Part shown: piece after piece, positions 10,447-19,981 of the stretch
How the letters are laid out: every line of letters starts with the position of its first letter
How positions within the stretch are numbered: the stretch's first letter is position 1
Source of the DNA: Candidatus Brocadiia bacterium
Lineage (GTDB): Bacteria; Planctomycetota; Brocadiia; SM23-32
DNA: 64,000 bases
NCBI GenBank assembly: GCA_046538485.1
Contig: JBKHIT010000018.1
Span: 11,603-75,602, forward strand
Direction: 5' to 3'
The notes under the pieces: model-generated
Database searches by the model: none
What the model saw: the letters and a program-made list of their open reading frames with translations, nothing else
What the model was told of the DNA's origin: nothing
Program-made: the position numbers and the translations under genes

Positions 10447-10541
10447 ATAGGCGACCTGGATTCTTGAAACTGTAACAATGCAGTCCGGCGGGGTAATCGC
10501 GTTCGGGTACCTGAATCGATGAATAGACCATCGAGTAGACG

Positions 10542-11285
10542 ATGCTCGTAACCATACAGAATTTGGTGTTCTGGCCGCTTTTTCTGGCCGCGTCCGCTAT
10601 TTACATTCCCGTAGCAACCCTCATCATAGCCCCCATTGGTCTGCTTGCCCCGCGACGCTTTGCCATGCATCGGTTGCGCCGTACGATAACCTGGTATGGC
10701 CGGTTGGTTATCTGGTGCGCATGGCCTTTTGTACGGGTAAAATACAAGGATCTGAAACCGGAGGAAAAAGATGGGTCCTATATATTCATCTGCAACCATC
10801 GTTCCTCCTCGGACCCATTCCTCATGGCGTGTTTGCCTTTTGAGTGCGTTCAAATCGTTAACGACTGGCCTTTGGAACTCCCTATCCTGGGCTGGCTCGC
10901 CCGGCTGGCAGGATATATCGATATAATGAATACATCAATAGAAGAATTTTACGAACATGGTTCTCGTTTGTTGAATCAGGGTGCATGTATCTGTTCCTTC
11001 CCGGAAGGCACCCGATCGGGAAGCCAGCAGATGGGCCCTTTCACAAGCTCGGTTTTCCGGCTGGCCATCCGGAATCATGCCACTCTGGTTCCGCTGGCCA
11101 TCACCGGCAATGAAAATATCCCACATAAAGGATCCTGGATACTCCATCCGGGTCTTATCCGCGTCGACAAATTGCCCGCAGTTACCTGGGATGAGTACGC
11201 TGATATGGACGCGTTTCACCTGAAAAATCACGTGCAACAAATTTTGCAGGAGCATATCGACCGGGTCGAAGGAGATGCTGCATGA
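10542..11285 (+). CDS. lysophospholipid (1-acyl-glycerol-3-phosphate-type) acyltransferase, PlsC/LPLAT family
   Basis: HX4D block NHRSSSDPF and FPEGTRS block, with N-terminal TM helices. Confidence 0.85.
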   Translation: MLVTIQNLVFWPLFLAASAIYIPVATLIIAPIGLLAPRRFAMHRLRRTITWYGRLVIWCAWPFVRVKYKDLKPEEKDGSYIFICNHRSSSDPFLMACLPFECVQIVNDWPLELPILGWLARLAGYIDIMNTSIEEFYEHGSRLLNQGACICSFPEGTRSGSQQMGPFTSSVFRLAIRNHATLVPLAITGNENIPHKGSWILHPGLIRVDKLPAVTWDEYADMDAFHLKNHVQQILQEHIDRVEGDAA

Positions 11286-12580
11286 TTTTCACCAACTACG
11301 AAAAACTCGCGTGGAAAGCTCCCGACGAAATAAAACAAACCCAGAACGCGCTTTTGCGCGAGCACGTGGAATACTGCGCCGAGCATTCGCCGTATTATCG
11401 TCGGGTCCTGGATGAACCGGGCGTCTCCGATCTGGACATCTCGGTTGATTCCCTGCAAAAACTGCCCCTGACCCGCAAGGCAGATCTCGGGAAATATAAC
11501 GACGAATTCCTGGCGGTGAACCCCAAGAAGATAGTGGATATTGTATTTTCCTCCGGCACTACCGGCCCACCGACACGCATTGCCTACACGGAACACGACC
11601 TGGAAAGGTTGGCTTACAACGAACGCCAGTCGTTTTTGGGAACGGGAATGACGCCCGAGGATACGGTTTTACACACCTGCACGATGGACCGTTGTTTTGT
11701 GGCCGGACTCGCCTATTACCTGGGGGTGCGTAGCGTGGGAGCCGCCAGTATCCGCAGCGGTCATGCCCCCCTGGAAAGTCATTTGCAAATCCTGCGCCGG
11801 TCCGAGCCAACGGCGATTGTCGGCGTTCCTTCCTTCCTGAAAAAACTCGCGGAGTGTGCGGAACAAAACACTATCAATCCCGCCGATATGTCCGTCAAAA
11901 GTCTTGTATGTATTGGCGAACCCGTTCGCGACGAAAACCTGCAATATTTGCCTCTCGGTCGGATTATTCATGAAAAATGGGGCGCCGATGTCTACTCAAC
12001 CTATGCTTCCACCGAAGCGGTCACGACGTTCTGTGAATGCACCAAACAACAAGGCGGGCATCTCCATCCTGAATTGGCAGTGATTGAAATCGTCGATGAC
12101 CAGGGGGACCCGGTTAAGCCGGGTGAAAATGGCGAAGTTGTGCTCACTCCTCTGGGGACCGAAGGGATGCCCCTGATCCGTTATCGCACGGGCGATATCT
12201 CTTTCCTGCTGGAGGAGCCCTGTGGGTGTGGCCGAAACAGCGTCCGCCTGGGACCGATACTCGGACGCAAAAAGCAGATGATCAAATACAAGGGAACGAC
12301 GCTGTATCCGCAACCCATCGCCGCGGCCCTGCAAACCATACCCGCTATTGAAGAACATTATGTCGAAGTCGCGGGCGAAGAAGCCTTGTCCGATCAGCTC
12401 ACTATCCATGTCGCGGTCAGCGATCCCGAATGGGACGCCGATCGCATCGCCGCCCGACTGCAGTCACACCTGCGTGTAAAACCGGCGGTTGTTATCGAAG
12501 AGCTCGAGTCTCTGCGCAAAGAAGTTTTTGACCCCAAATATCGCAAGCCGATGCGTTTTGTTGACCGGAGGACCACGTGA
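11282..12580 (+). CDS. adenylate-forming ligase, phenylacetate-CoA ligase / coenzyme F390 synthetase-like (ANL superfamily)
   Basis: 432 aa with VFSSGTTGPPTRIAYT and an N-terminal ...HSPYYRRVL..., typical of the PaaK-like subfamily. ATGA overlap with the upstream gene. Confidence 0.8.
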   Translation: MIFTNYEKLAWKAPDEIKQTQNALLREHVEYCAEHSPYYRRVLDEPGVSDLDISVDSLQKLPLTRKADLGKYNDEFLAVNPKKIVDIVFSSGTTGPPTRIAYTEHDLERLAYNERQSFLGTGMTPEDTVLHTCTMDRCFVAGLAYYLGVRSVGAASIRSGHAPLESHLQILRRSEPTAIVGVPSFLKKLAECAEQNTINPADMSVKSLVCIGEPVRDENLQYLPLGRIIHEKWGADVYSTYASTEAVTTFCECTKQQGGHLHPELAVIEIVDDQGDPVKPGENGEVVLTPLGTEGMPLIRYRTGDISFLLEEPCGCGRNSVRLGPILGRKKQMIKYKGTTLYPQPIAAALQTIPAIEEHYVEVAGEEALSDQLTIHVAVSDPEWDADRIAARLQSHLRVKPAVVIEELESLRKEVFDPKYRKPMRFVDRRTT

Positions 12581-14061
12581 GTATTAACTGCCCAAACCCG
12601 ATAGATGGATTCGGCTTTTCTGAAGAAGAAATTGCCGAAACTGTGGAACGCAGGGGCCTGTTGTCAATGGAAATAGAATTTTCCCAGGCGTGCAATTTCC
12701 GTTGCCCATATTGCTATAACGAGGAGGCTTTTGAGGCTCAGGAACTGAAACCCGAAGAAATCGATGACGTCGTTATCCAGGCCAAAGAACTGGGCGCCAA
12801 AAAAATCATTATCCTTGGCGGCGAACCGATGATCTACCCCGAAATACGGGAGCGAATTGAATTTCTGCGGGAAAATGATCTCACGGTGGAAATGTTTACA
12901 AACGGGACAAATATGACGCCGGAAAACGCCCGTTTCATGTATGAACATGACGTCGCGGTGGTGCTGAAACTCAACACCTTCGACCGGGAGCTCCAAAACG
13001 AATTGACCGGTTGCGAGAAAGGGTATGAAATCATCCACAGTGCTCTGGACAATCTGCAGGAAGCCGGCTACCCCTCCCCCGCCAAACGCCTGGCGATAAG
13101 TACAATCATATGCCGCCAGAACATCGACGAACTTCCCGATCTCTGGCGATGGGCCCGTCAACGGGGAATCGAACCGTATTTCGAAATGATCACACCTCAG
13201 GGACGGTCCATTGCCAACGAATGGCTCCTGGCGCCGATTTCGGAACAGAAAGAACTATTCGATGAATTGTCCCGCATTGATCGCGAAGAATTCGATCACA
13301 AATGGGATCCCCAGCCTCCCCTGGTGGGCAACCGGTGTTTGCGTCACCAATTTTCATGTCTGGTTACTTCGGATGGCAATGTCATGCCCTGCGTTGGAGT
13401 AACGATTCCGATCGGCAATATCCGCGAAGAACCGCTTGAGCAGATTTTGGATCGTAGCGAAGTTATGGAAAAGCTACGGCACTTCTCGGAATACATCAGG
13501 GAGCCGTGTCGTTCGTGCGAAAGATCGGGCGGCTGCTACGGATGTCGCGGTAGCGCCTATCAGTTGACCGGTGATTTTCTGGCAGCCGATCCGTTCTGCT
13601 GGCACAATGAGGACAAAGAAATTCAAGCTCTGCCGCGTCAGGTTAAACCATTTCTACCCCACGAACGTCCCATGTTAATGGTCAAGGAACTTGTTTCGGC
13701 CGGCGAACGGCGGGGGAAAGTGCGCGCTACCCCGTTGGCAGAGGACATCTTCGTTAATGAAGATGGTGTGCTGGACGAAACGGCTTACGTTGAATTACTG
13801 GCTCAATCGATTGCCGCTGTACACGGTTTTCTTCAGAACGAAGAAGAACGAAAAAACCATGATGGCCTGCTCATGAGCGCCAGAAATGTAGAAGTCTCCG
13901 GGCTCGCTCATGTCGGGGATACCCTCGAGATAAGTGTTCACAAAACCGTTAAAATGGGTGATTTCGGGGTTGTGCAGGGTAGTATCAGTAAAGACGGTGC
14001 TGAAATAGCAAACGGACAGATTAGTATCTGGCAACCTTCCAACGGAGAAAAAACAATATGA
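12577..14061 (+). CDS. radical SAM / SPASM-domain enzyme fused to a C-terminal hotdog (dehydratase-like) domain
   Basis: CX3CX2C at aa 39-46 (CNFRCPYC). Eight further Cys lie in the SPASM-like region (C254, C261, C272, CRSC at 311-314, C320, C323, C341). Aa ~352-494 (nt ~13630-14061) begin LPHERPMLMVKELV and continue with AQSIAAVHGF, like the stand-alone hotdog dehydratase partners of APE-type clusters. Confidence 0.85.
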   Translation: MSINCPNPIDGFGFSEEEIAETVERRGLLSMEIEFSQACNFRCPYCYNEEAFEAQELKPEEIDDVVIQAKELGAKKIIILGGEPMIYPEIRERIEFLRENDLTVEMFTNGTNMTPENARFMYEHDVAVVLKLNTFDRELQNELTGCEKGYEIIHSALDNLQEAGYPSPAKRLAISTIICRQNIDELPDLWRWARQRGIEPYFEMITPQGRSIANEWLLAPISEQKELFDELSRIDREEFDHKWDPQPPLVGNRCLRHQFSCLVTSDGNVMPCVGVTIPIGNIREEPLEQILDRSEVMEKLRHFSEYIREPCRSCERSGGCYGCRGSAYQLTGDFLAADPFCWHNEDKEIQALPRQVKPFLPHERPMLMVKELVSAGERRGKVRATPLAEDIFVNEDGVLDETAYVELLAQSIAAVHGFLQNEEERKNHDGLLMSARNVEVSGLAHVGDTLEISVHKTVKMGDFGVVQGSISKDGAEIANGQISIWQPSNGEKTI

Positions 14062-14816
14062 AAAGACTTTCCTTCCTGATGATAATGGCTCTTCTTGCTT
14101 TTGGGCTCGCGTTTGGAGAAGAAAAAAAAGAGGGGAACGCCGAAAAGGATTCCAAAAAATCCGAAGAAAAACAGAAAGAAGCTAACGCCAAAGAGGAAGG
14201 CGAACCTGAGGAGGGGAAAAAAGAAGAGAAAAAGCCCGACAAACGGACTAAGAAAGAGATCATGGAGGATCTCGAAAAACACCTCTCCGAAATCGAGACG
14301 GTTCAGGCACGCTTTGTTCAGGAAAAACACCTCGCCATGTTTGAACGCAAAATGACCATCGAAGGACATCTGGCCGTCGCCAATCCGAATCAAGTGGCCT
14401 GGCATGTCCAGAAACCGGTCCGTTACCGGATGGTCATTTGTGGTCCGAAATTGAAACAATGGGAAGAAGATACCAACGAGGTAAAAACGCTCCGGTTGGA
14501 CAAAAACGCCACCCATAAGGTAGCATTCGAGCAACTCACCGCCTGGTTCGCGGGTCGGTACGGGGATCTGCGAGAACGCTACAATGTCGAAGTAATGGAC
14601 CGCGATCCTCTGACACTTACTTTCACGCCGAAAGAAGGTGGCGACATGGAATCGATTATCAAAAGTGTCCGGGTCGTGTTCCGCGACAATGAAGATTACC
14701 TGAAAAAGATAAAAATCACCCAGGGCAACGATGATGTGACAATAGTCCGCTTTTTTGATCTGCAACTGAACGAAAAAGTCGATGAAGAAGTCTGGAGGGT
14801 CCGCCCCGATGAGTAA
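14058..14816 (+). CDS. LolA-like periplasmic lipid/lipoprotein carrier protein
   Basis: Signal peptide MKRLSFLMIMALLAFGLAFG, then a K/E-rich linker, then a ~190-aa domain (VQARFVQEKHLAMFERKMTIEGHLAV...) resembling the LolA-like proteins paired with MMPL exporters. ATGA overlap upstream. Confidence 0.65.
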   Translation: MKRLSFLMIMALLAFGLAFGEEKKEGNAEKDSKKSEEKQKEANAKEEGEPEEGKKEEKKPDKRTKKEIMEDLEKHLSEIETVQARFVQEKHLAMFERKMTIEGHLAVANPNQVAWHVQKPVRYRMVICGPKLKQWEEDTNEVKTLRLDKNATHKVAFEQLTAWFAGRYGDLRERYNVEVMDRDPLTLTFTPKEGGDMESIIKSVRVVFRDNEDYLKKIKITQGNDDVTIVRFFDLQLNEKVDEEVWRVRPDE

Positions 14817-17205
14817 TGGGTGGTTCGAACGAATCTTTTGGGCCCTCTATCGCCGCCCGCTGGCCGTTATTATCGGGCTGGTGACCGTGGCGTTGCTGTC
14901 CCTGCTGGGGCTGAAAACAATTCCCTATGAGGGGGGGTTGGTGGCGATGCTGCCCGAGGGAAGCCGGGGCCGCAGGACAGTGGAATTTCTCCGCGATGCC
15001 CAGTTCGCCGACAAAGTTGCCGTAAGCATCACAGCCGAAGATCCAGACAGCGGCGTGGCGGATCTCATCGCCGTTATGGATGAACTGCGGGGGCAACTTG
15101 TAGACTCCTCTCTTATACGCCGCGTACAAACCCTGCCGGGTGGCAAAAACATGATGAAAGAGCTGGTATTCTTCCTCGATCATGCCCCCGAACTCCTCAG
15201 CGAGAACGACCTCGAAGGTTTGGAGAATCGGTTGAGCCAGGAAAAAATTCAAAAACGGATCAGAGAGTGTTACGTCAAACTGGCCCGCCCCGAAGGATCT
15301 TTTATGCAGGAGATTCTCCGACGAGATCCTCTCGGTATAAGCACTGTTATTCTGCAGCGTCTCCAAAAAATACCCGAGGCATCCGGTTATCATGTGATGG
15401 TTCAGAATGGTCACCTGATTCATCCTGACAAGCGACACGGCCTGCTGGTTATGGATGCTGCGATTTCTATTACCGATGGGGTGGGCTCGCGTCATCTTGT
15501 CGAAATGTTGCGGGAAACCACGTCGGATCTGCCCGATGGTTACACAGCAGATATTGTCTGCGGTCACCTGCATACAGTCAGTAACGAAGATCGTCTGCGT
15601 GCGGATATCCGCCTCACGGCGACCGTGGCGGGAGTAGGATTCTTCGCCCTGTTTCTTCTCATTTTCCGGGACATTCGTGCCGCACTCATATTCTTCATAC
15701 CAGCAATATCAATATTGGTCGCCGTTAACGGAGCCAGCTTTTTCATCCCGGAACTCTCTTATCTGGTGTTGGGTTTTGCACCCGTTATGGCGGGGATAGC
15801 CGTGGATTACGGCATCCACACCTTCATCGCCGTCCGGGACGGCAAAAACCCCTACGCCGCCGTGCGGCGCATAATCAGGCCCCTGATCATCGGCGCTTTG
15901 ACCACCGAATGCGTGTTTTTGGCGTTCTCTGTCTCCTCAATACCAGGCTACCGCCAGCTGGGCGGCCTGGCACTCGCAAGCATGGCTCTGTCGCTCTTTG
16001 GGGCTATTCTACTGTTGCCTCCGCTTGTAAAATATCCTGACTACTATCTGAAAATTGATCCCCAGGATGCACCGGAAGGGAAAAAAGGCTGGGCCATCTT
16101 CTTTCTTATCTCCCTGGGAATCGCCGGGCTCTTAACAACAAACCTCCAGATCGATCCCGGAGTGACAAAACTCGACGGCATCAGTGACGATATTTTGCAA
16201 ACTGAAAAAGAATTTAAACAACTTTGGGGCGGAGGAAAGGGCGGACAGGCAATCGCGGTAATCGGGGGCAAAACTTACGAAGAAACCGCTCGTCGCTGCG
16301 ATAAATTCCACAAACATATCAACTCGGCTCTTCCTAAACTGAACTTCATCAGCCGCAGTTCGGTCTGGCCCGCCAGGGCAAACCGCACCAAAAACGCCAG
16401 ACGCTGGGAGGATTTTTGGACAGCCGACCGTATCGAAAAAGTCCGCTCCAATGTGAGTGTGGCCGCCGAAAAGTATGGTTTCGCCGAAAATGCTTTCACA
16501 CCTTTCTTCGACCTGATTACCGAAGAATACACGGTGAGTTCCCAAACAAAAAAATCTATCATCCTGGAGCAGCTGGAACGGCGGTTTGTTAAAAAACGCA
16601 AAGGAGGCTATTGGTTTCTGGGATTCTTCCCGGATAACCCGGGCACGGTTGAAGCGGTGGCGAAAGAAGCCGAAAAATCCCCCTACAGTTTTGTGGTATC
16701 GCCCCGATCCCTCACCGGTACCCTGGCCGATTCGATCAGTTCAGAGGCCTTGCGGATTTCTCTGATCGCCGGCAGCTTAATCCTGTTCTTTACATTTTTC
16801 CTGATGCGAAATATCCGCCTGTCCCTGGCGGCATTGCTCCCCGCGGCCACCGGCGTAATTTGGTTGCTCGCGGTGATGTCAATATGCAACTTGCCCGTCA
16901 ATGTGGCTAATCTCATCGCGGGAATTGTCGTAATAGGACTCTGTATTGATTATGGTATCTTTATGGCACATGGCTGGGCGCAAGGCGCCAGGGTCCTCGT
17001 GCCGACATTGCAGGCAGTCACGCTCTCGGCCATCACTACGTTAATTGGCGCAGGCGTATTGGTTTTTGCCAAACATCCTGCTCTGTTCTCAATCGGCATC
17101 ACATTGGTTTTGGGAATATTTACAGGTTATGGAACGGCCGCTCTCGGCGTGCCGGGAATGTGCTCGTTGCTCGGGATCGATTCGGCGAAAGGAGATTCAG
17201 AATGA
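14809..17205 (+). CDS. MMPL/RND-superfamily exporter
   Basis: ~800 aa with two clusters of TM helices separated by large soluble domains. Start chosen at ATG 14809 (GGAGGG 9 nt upstream) rather than ORF-track 14782. Confidence 0.85.
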   Translation: MSNGWFERIFWALYRRPLAVIIGLVTVALLSLLGLKTIPYEGGLVAMLPEGSRGRRTVEFLRDAQFADKVAVSITAEDPDSGVADLIAVMDELRGQLVDSSLIRRVQTLPGGKNMMKELVFFLDHAPELLSENDLEGLENRLSQEKIQKRIRECYVKLARPEGSFMQEILRRDPLGISTVILQRLQKIPEASGYHVMVQNGHLIHPDKRHGLLVMDAAISITDGVGSRHLVEMLRETTSDLPDGYTADIVCGHLHTVSNEDRLRADIRLTATVAGVGFFALFLLIFRDIRAALIFFIPAISILVAVNGASFFIPELSYLVLGFAPVMAGIAVDYGIHTFIAVRDGKNPYAAVRRIIRPLIIGALTTECVFLAFSVSSIPGYRQLGGLALASMALSLFGAILLLPPLVKYPDYYLKIDPQDAPEGKKGWAIFFLISLGIAGLLTTNLQIDPGVTKLDGISDDILQTEKEFKQLWGGGKGGQAIAVIGGKTYEETARRCDKFHKHINSALPKLNFISRSSVWPARANRTKNARRWEDFWTADRIEKVRSNVSVAAEKYGFAENAFTPFFDLITEEYTVSSQTKKSIILEQLERRFVKKRKGGYWFLGFFPDNPGTVEAVAKEAEKSPYSFVVSPRSLTGTLADSISSEALRISLIAGSLILFFTFFLMRNIRLSLAALLPAATGVIWLLAVMSICNLPVNVANLIAGIVVIGLCIDYGIFMAHGWAQGARVLVPTLQAVTLSAITTLIGAGVLVFAKHPALFSIGITLVLGIFTGYGTAALGVPGMCSLLGIDSAKGDSE

Positions 17206-17924
17206 AACGATCATTAGTGATGGGTTGCCTGATAGGGGTGGTCCTGACCGGTTGCTACAGTCCTCCCTTCGAACAAACCGAACTCGTCTCGGTCGAAAAT
17301 GTAAGCCCGGAAACAGTTTCGTGGAACTTCCAACAGCAGATTGCTCCCGCGTTCGAGAGCGAGGAGAGGTTGGTTTTCCGCGTTTTCTTGGGCTGGAAGA
17401 AAATCGCCGTCCTCGGCCTCACTCGGCTCGACCGCGAGGACCGGACACTTGAAGCCCTTTGCCTCAACCATCTGGGAGTCTCTCTTTTCCATATCAAGGG
17501 GACTCCGGATGAAACGAAACTCCGCTATGGCCTCCCTGAATTCAAAAAACACAAAAAATTCCCTCTGGCGGTCGGAACCGATATCCGCCGCATCTGTTTC
17601 GATCTTGTCCCGGCAGAAAACGCCAAAGTCATAGCAAAGCCCAAGCGCATAATCTTCCGCCAAAAACAAGACGGAGGTATTTTGGAATATGTTTTCGGGG
17701 GGCCGAACGTGTTATTGCTGGAGAAACGCTTCTTCAATAAGTGCTTCTTTGGCAGGAAGTTGCGTTGGAAAGTTCAATATTTCGAGTACCAGGAAAAAGA
17801 CGATTACGTTTATCCGCGAGGCATTGTCCTTTACAATCGGAAGAATCATTACAGGTTGATCGCCCAAAGACGTAAAATCATCTTTGATACGGAACGAGCG
17901 CAGAATCGGGAAGCGCAGCCGTGA
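17202..17924 (+). CDS. lipoprotein of unknown function (possibly DUF3261-like)
   Basis: The ATG at 17202 overlaps the MMPL stop (ATGA). Lipobox VLTG-C in MKRSLVMGCLIGVVLTGCYSPP. The family assignment rests on position only. Confidence 0.6.
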   Translation: MKRSLVMGCLIGVVLTGCYSPPFEQTELVSVENVSPETVSWNFQQQIAPAFESEERLVFRVFLGWKKIAVLGLTRLDREDRTLEALCLNHLGVSLFHIKGTPDETKLRYGLPEFKKHKKFPLAVGTDIRRICFDLVPAENAKVIAKPKRIIFRQKQDGGILEYVFGGPNVLLLEKRFFNKCFFGRKLRWKVQYFEYQEKDDYVYPRGIVLYNRKNHYRLIAQRRKIIFDTERAQNREAQP

Positions 17925-18307
17925 ATTTGATGCGAGAACAATTGAGAGATGCACTCCTCGTCAGTTCGTCCGGGGACAATGAGTTTACGGCTGAATTAAA
18001 GCTCAGCCCCGATTTTGTGGGGTTCAAAGGCCATTTCCCCGGCACTCCTGTGTTACCCGGTATCTGTATTATCGCTGCCGTGATTGTCTCTGCCGAATCG
18101 GTGCTGGGGAAAGACCTGAAAATGAAGTACCTGAACGCAGCGAAATTTTTCTCCCCCGTCGAACCCGGGGATCGGATGGTAATTACCGGGACTCTAAAGA
18201 CGGAATCGGCACCCTACTCGGTCCGCGCACAAATCACTCGCGATCAGGAGAGAATCGCAAAGGTTTCCCTCCAGGTCGATCCTGTAACATCAGACGCTCA
18301 GGACTGA
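17921..18307 (+). CDS. FabZ/FabA-like 3-hydroxyacyl-ACP dehydratase (hotdog)
   Basis: 128 aa with FKGHFPGTPVLPGICII, the catalytic-His motif of FabZ-type dehydratases. GTGA overlap upstream. Confidence 0.8.
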   Translation: MNLMREQLRDALLVSSSGDNEFTAELKLSPDFVGFKGHFPGTPVLPGICIIAAVIVSAESVLGKDLKMKYLNAAKFFSPVEPGDRMVITGTLKTESAPYSVRAQITRDQERIAKVSLQVDPVTSDAQD

Positions 18308-18310
18308 GAT

Positions 18311-18802
18311 ATGGGACCAATGCCCCGTCGAAAGAAAAACGGTTATTTCGAACGCTTTCCGGACGATCCGGCACCCGTCAGTGTCGATGTGAAACGGAGG
18401 GTCTCTTTCAGTGAGGTCGACCCCCTGGGTATCCTCTGGCATGGACGTTATTCCACTTACTTCGAGCAGGCCAACGAAGAGCTCGGCCGACGCTGTCAGA
18501 TGAGCTATGTTCATTTCAAAGAGGCCGGGCTCCGAGCCCCGGTTGTCCAGTTCCATCTGGATTACTTTGCGCCTCTTGAACTCGCAGAGGAAGCCCGAAT
18601 CGTTGGCCGTATGATCTGGAATGAAGGGGCGCGAATGAATATTGAATACGAATTATATAAAGAAAACGGAACTCTCGCTGCTACCGGTTACACGGTCCAG
18701 ATGTTTGTCACAGCGTCGGGCGAAACCCTCGTCGGTTCTCCCCCGCTCCTTGAACGCTGTCGGGAACGTTGGACCAGCGGCGAATTCTCGGAGATGCAAT
18801 GA
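18311..18802 (+). CDS. acyl-CoA/acyl-ACP thioesterase, 4HBT (YbgC-like) family
   Basis: 163 aa with VSFSEVDPLGILWHGRYSTYFEQA (catalytic Asp region of 4HBT hotdog thioesterases). Confidence 0.8.
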   Translation: MGPMPRRKKNGYFERFPDDPAPVSVDVKRRVSFSEVDPLGILWHGRYSTYFEQANEELGRRCQMSYVHFKEAGLRAPVVQFHLDYFAPLELAEEARIVGRMIWNEGARMNIEYELYKENGTLAATGYTVQMFVTASGETLVGSPPLLERCRERWTSGEFSEMQ

Positions 18803-19926
18803 ACCCCCTCATCGTTGCTTGCAGTGCGAACACTCCCTACGGACCCGGTCTCCGGAAATGCTGGGAAGGTCTGATGGCGGGCCGATCCGGCATTCGGTCT
18901 GTGGAACGATTTGGTGAAGGCCAATTTATATCCGATTATGCGGCTCTCGTGCCCGATATCCCGATGAAGACGGGAAACCGGTTGATGGAACTTCTGGGAC
19001 CGGTCCTAGAAAATTTGCCGAATTCCTTGCCACCGGAAATTCCCTTGTTTCTCGCTACCACCACCGGCCAGATCGATCTACTTGAACAGAGCGTGGAAAA
19101 AGGCTCGGGGCAAATCGAGTCAAGCTCGCCTCTCCGGTTGCTCGGTGAATTGCGGCAACTGACCGGCATACGCGGGCCCGCGAGAGTCGTCTCCTGCGCG
19201 TGCGCGTCCTCCACGGCCGCCGTCGCTCGCGCCGCAAGTGAAGTGCAGGCCGGACACGCCGAAACCGCCCTTGTCGTCGGTTGCGACGCCGTCAGCGAAT
19301 TCGTCTACGCCGGTTTCTCAACCCTAATGGCTATGTCACCTCAACCGGCCCGCCCCTTCGACCGCGACCGCGACGGGCTGACGGTCGGTGAAGCGGCCGC
19401 CGCAACCTTCGTTATGAACCCGTCGCAAGCGGGCGCCGGAAAGTATCAGCCGCTGGCTGAGGTTCTGGGCTGGGGATACACCAATGATGCCAATCACATG
19501 ACCGGCCCGTCGCGTGACGGTAAAGGGTTGAAAAGGGCCATCGAAATCGCACTCGATATGGCCGCCTGCGCCCCCGAGGACATCGCATTCGTTAATGCCC
19601 ACGGAACGGGCACTGTTTACAACGATGCCATGGAAATGAAAGCTCTCAGACAGGTTTTCGGCGACAATCCCAAGCCGGCATACTCGATCAAAGGCGGGAC
19701 CGGCCACACAATGGGAGCCGCGGGTCTGTTGGAAATCCTGTTGACCGCTGAGTCTTTGAAAGAAGCAATCATCCCCCCTACCGTCGGGATGGACGAACCG
19801 GACGAGCAAGCTCAAGGGTGGGTAAAAACAGAACCCGTTTCAGTTCCCGCAAATCGTCCGGCCCTCAGCGTTAATTCCGGTTTCGGCGGTGTTAACGTGG
19901 CCGTGGTTCTCCAGAAAACGCCCTGA
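18799..19926 (+). CDS. beta-ketoacyl-ACP synthase (KS1, FabF/FabB-type, catalytically complete)
   Basis: Cys-His-His triad: VVSCACASSTAA, DANHMTGP, VNAHGTGT, plus GHTMGAAG. The ATG at 18799 overlaps the thioesterase stop (ATGA). Confidence 0.9.
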   Translation: MNPLIVACSANTPYGPGLRKCWEGLMAGRSGIRSVERFGEGQFISDYAALVPDIPMKTGNRLMELLGPVLENLPNSLPPEIPLFLATTTGQIDLLEQSVEKGSGQIESSSPLRLLGELRQLTGIRGPARVVSCACASSTAAVARAASEVQAGHAETALVVGCDAVSEFVYAGFSTLMAMSPQPARPFDRDRDGLTVGEAAAATFVMNPSQAGAGKYQPLAEVLGWGYTNDANHMTGPSRDGKGLKRAIEIALDMAACAPEDIAFVNAHGTGTVYNDAMEMKALRQVFGDNPKPAYSIKGGTGHTMGAAGLLEILLTAESLKEAIIPPTVGMDEPDEQAQGWVKTEPVSVPANRPALSVNSGFGGVNVAVVLQKTP

Positions 19927-19981
19927 AAAACTTTATCCGATCCTGCGGAATCCACTCAAGAACAGAAAAACAAATACGGAC

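Noticed and set aside
13938-15573. 275-aa and 285-aa minus-strand ORFs, plus similar long antisense ORFs at 21064-21972, 28769-29536, 31221-32078, 32327-33118, 46142-47023, 51297-52703, 52917-53804 and 62719-63330.
   Set aside because: Each is fully nested antisense to a motif-supported plus-strand gene, and none has a recognisable motif or SD. These are typical of GC-rich coding DNA.
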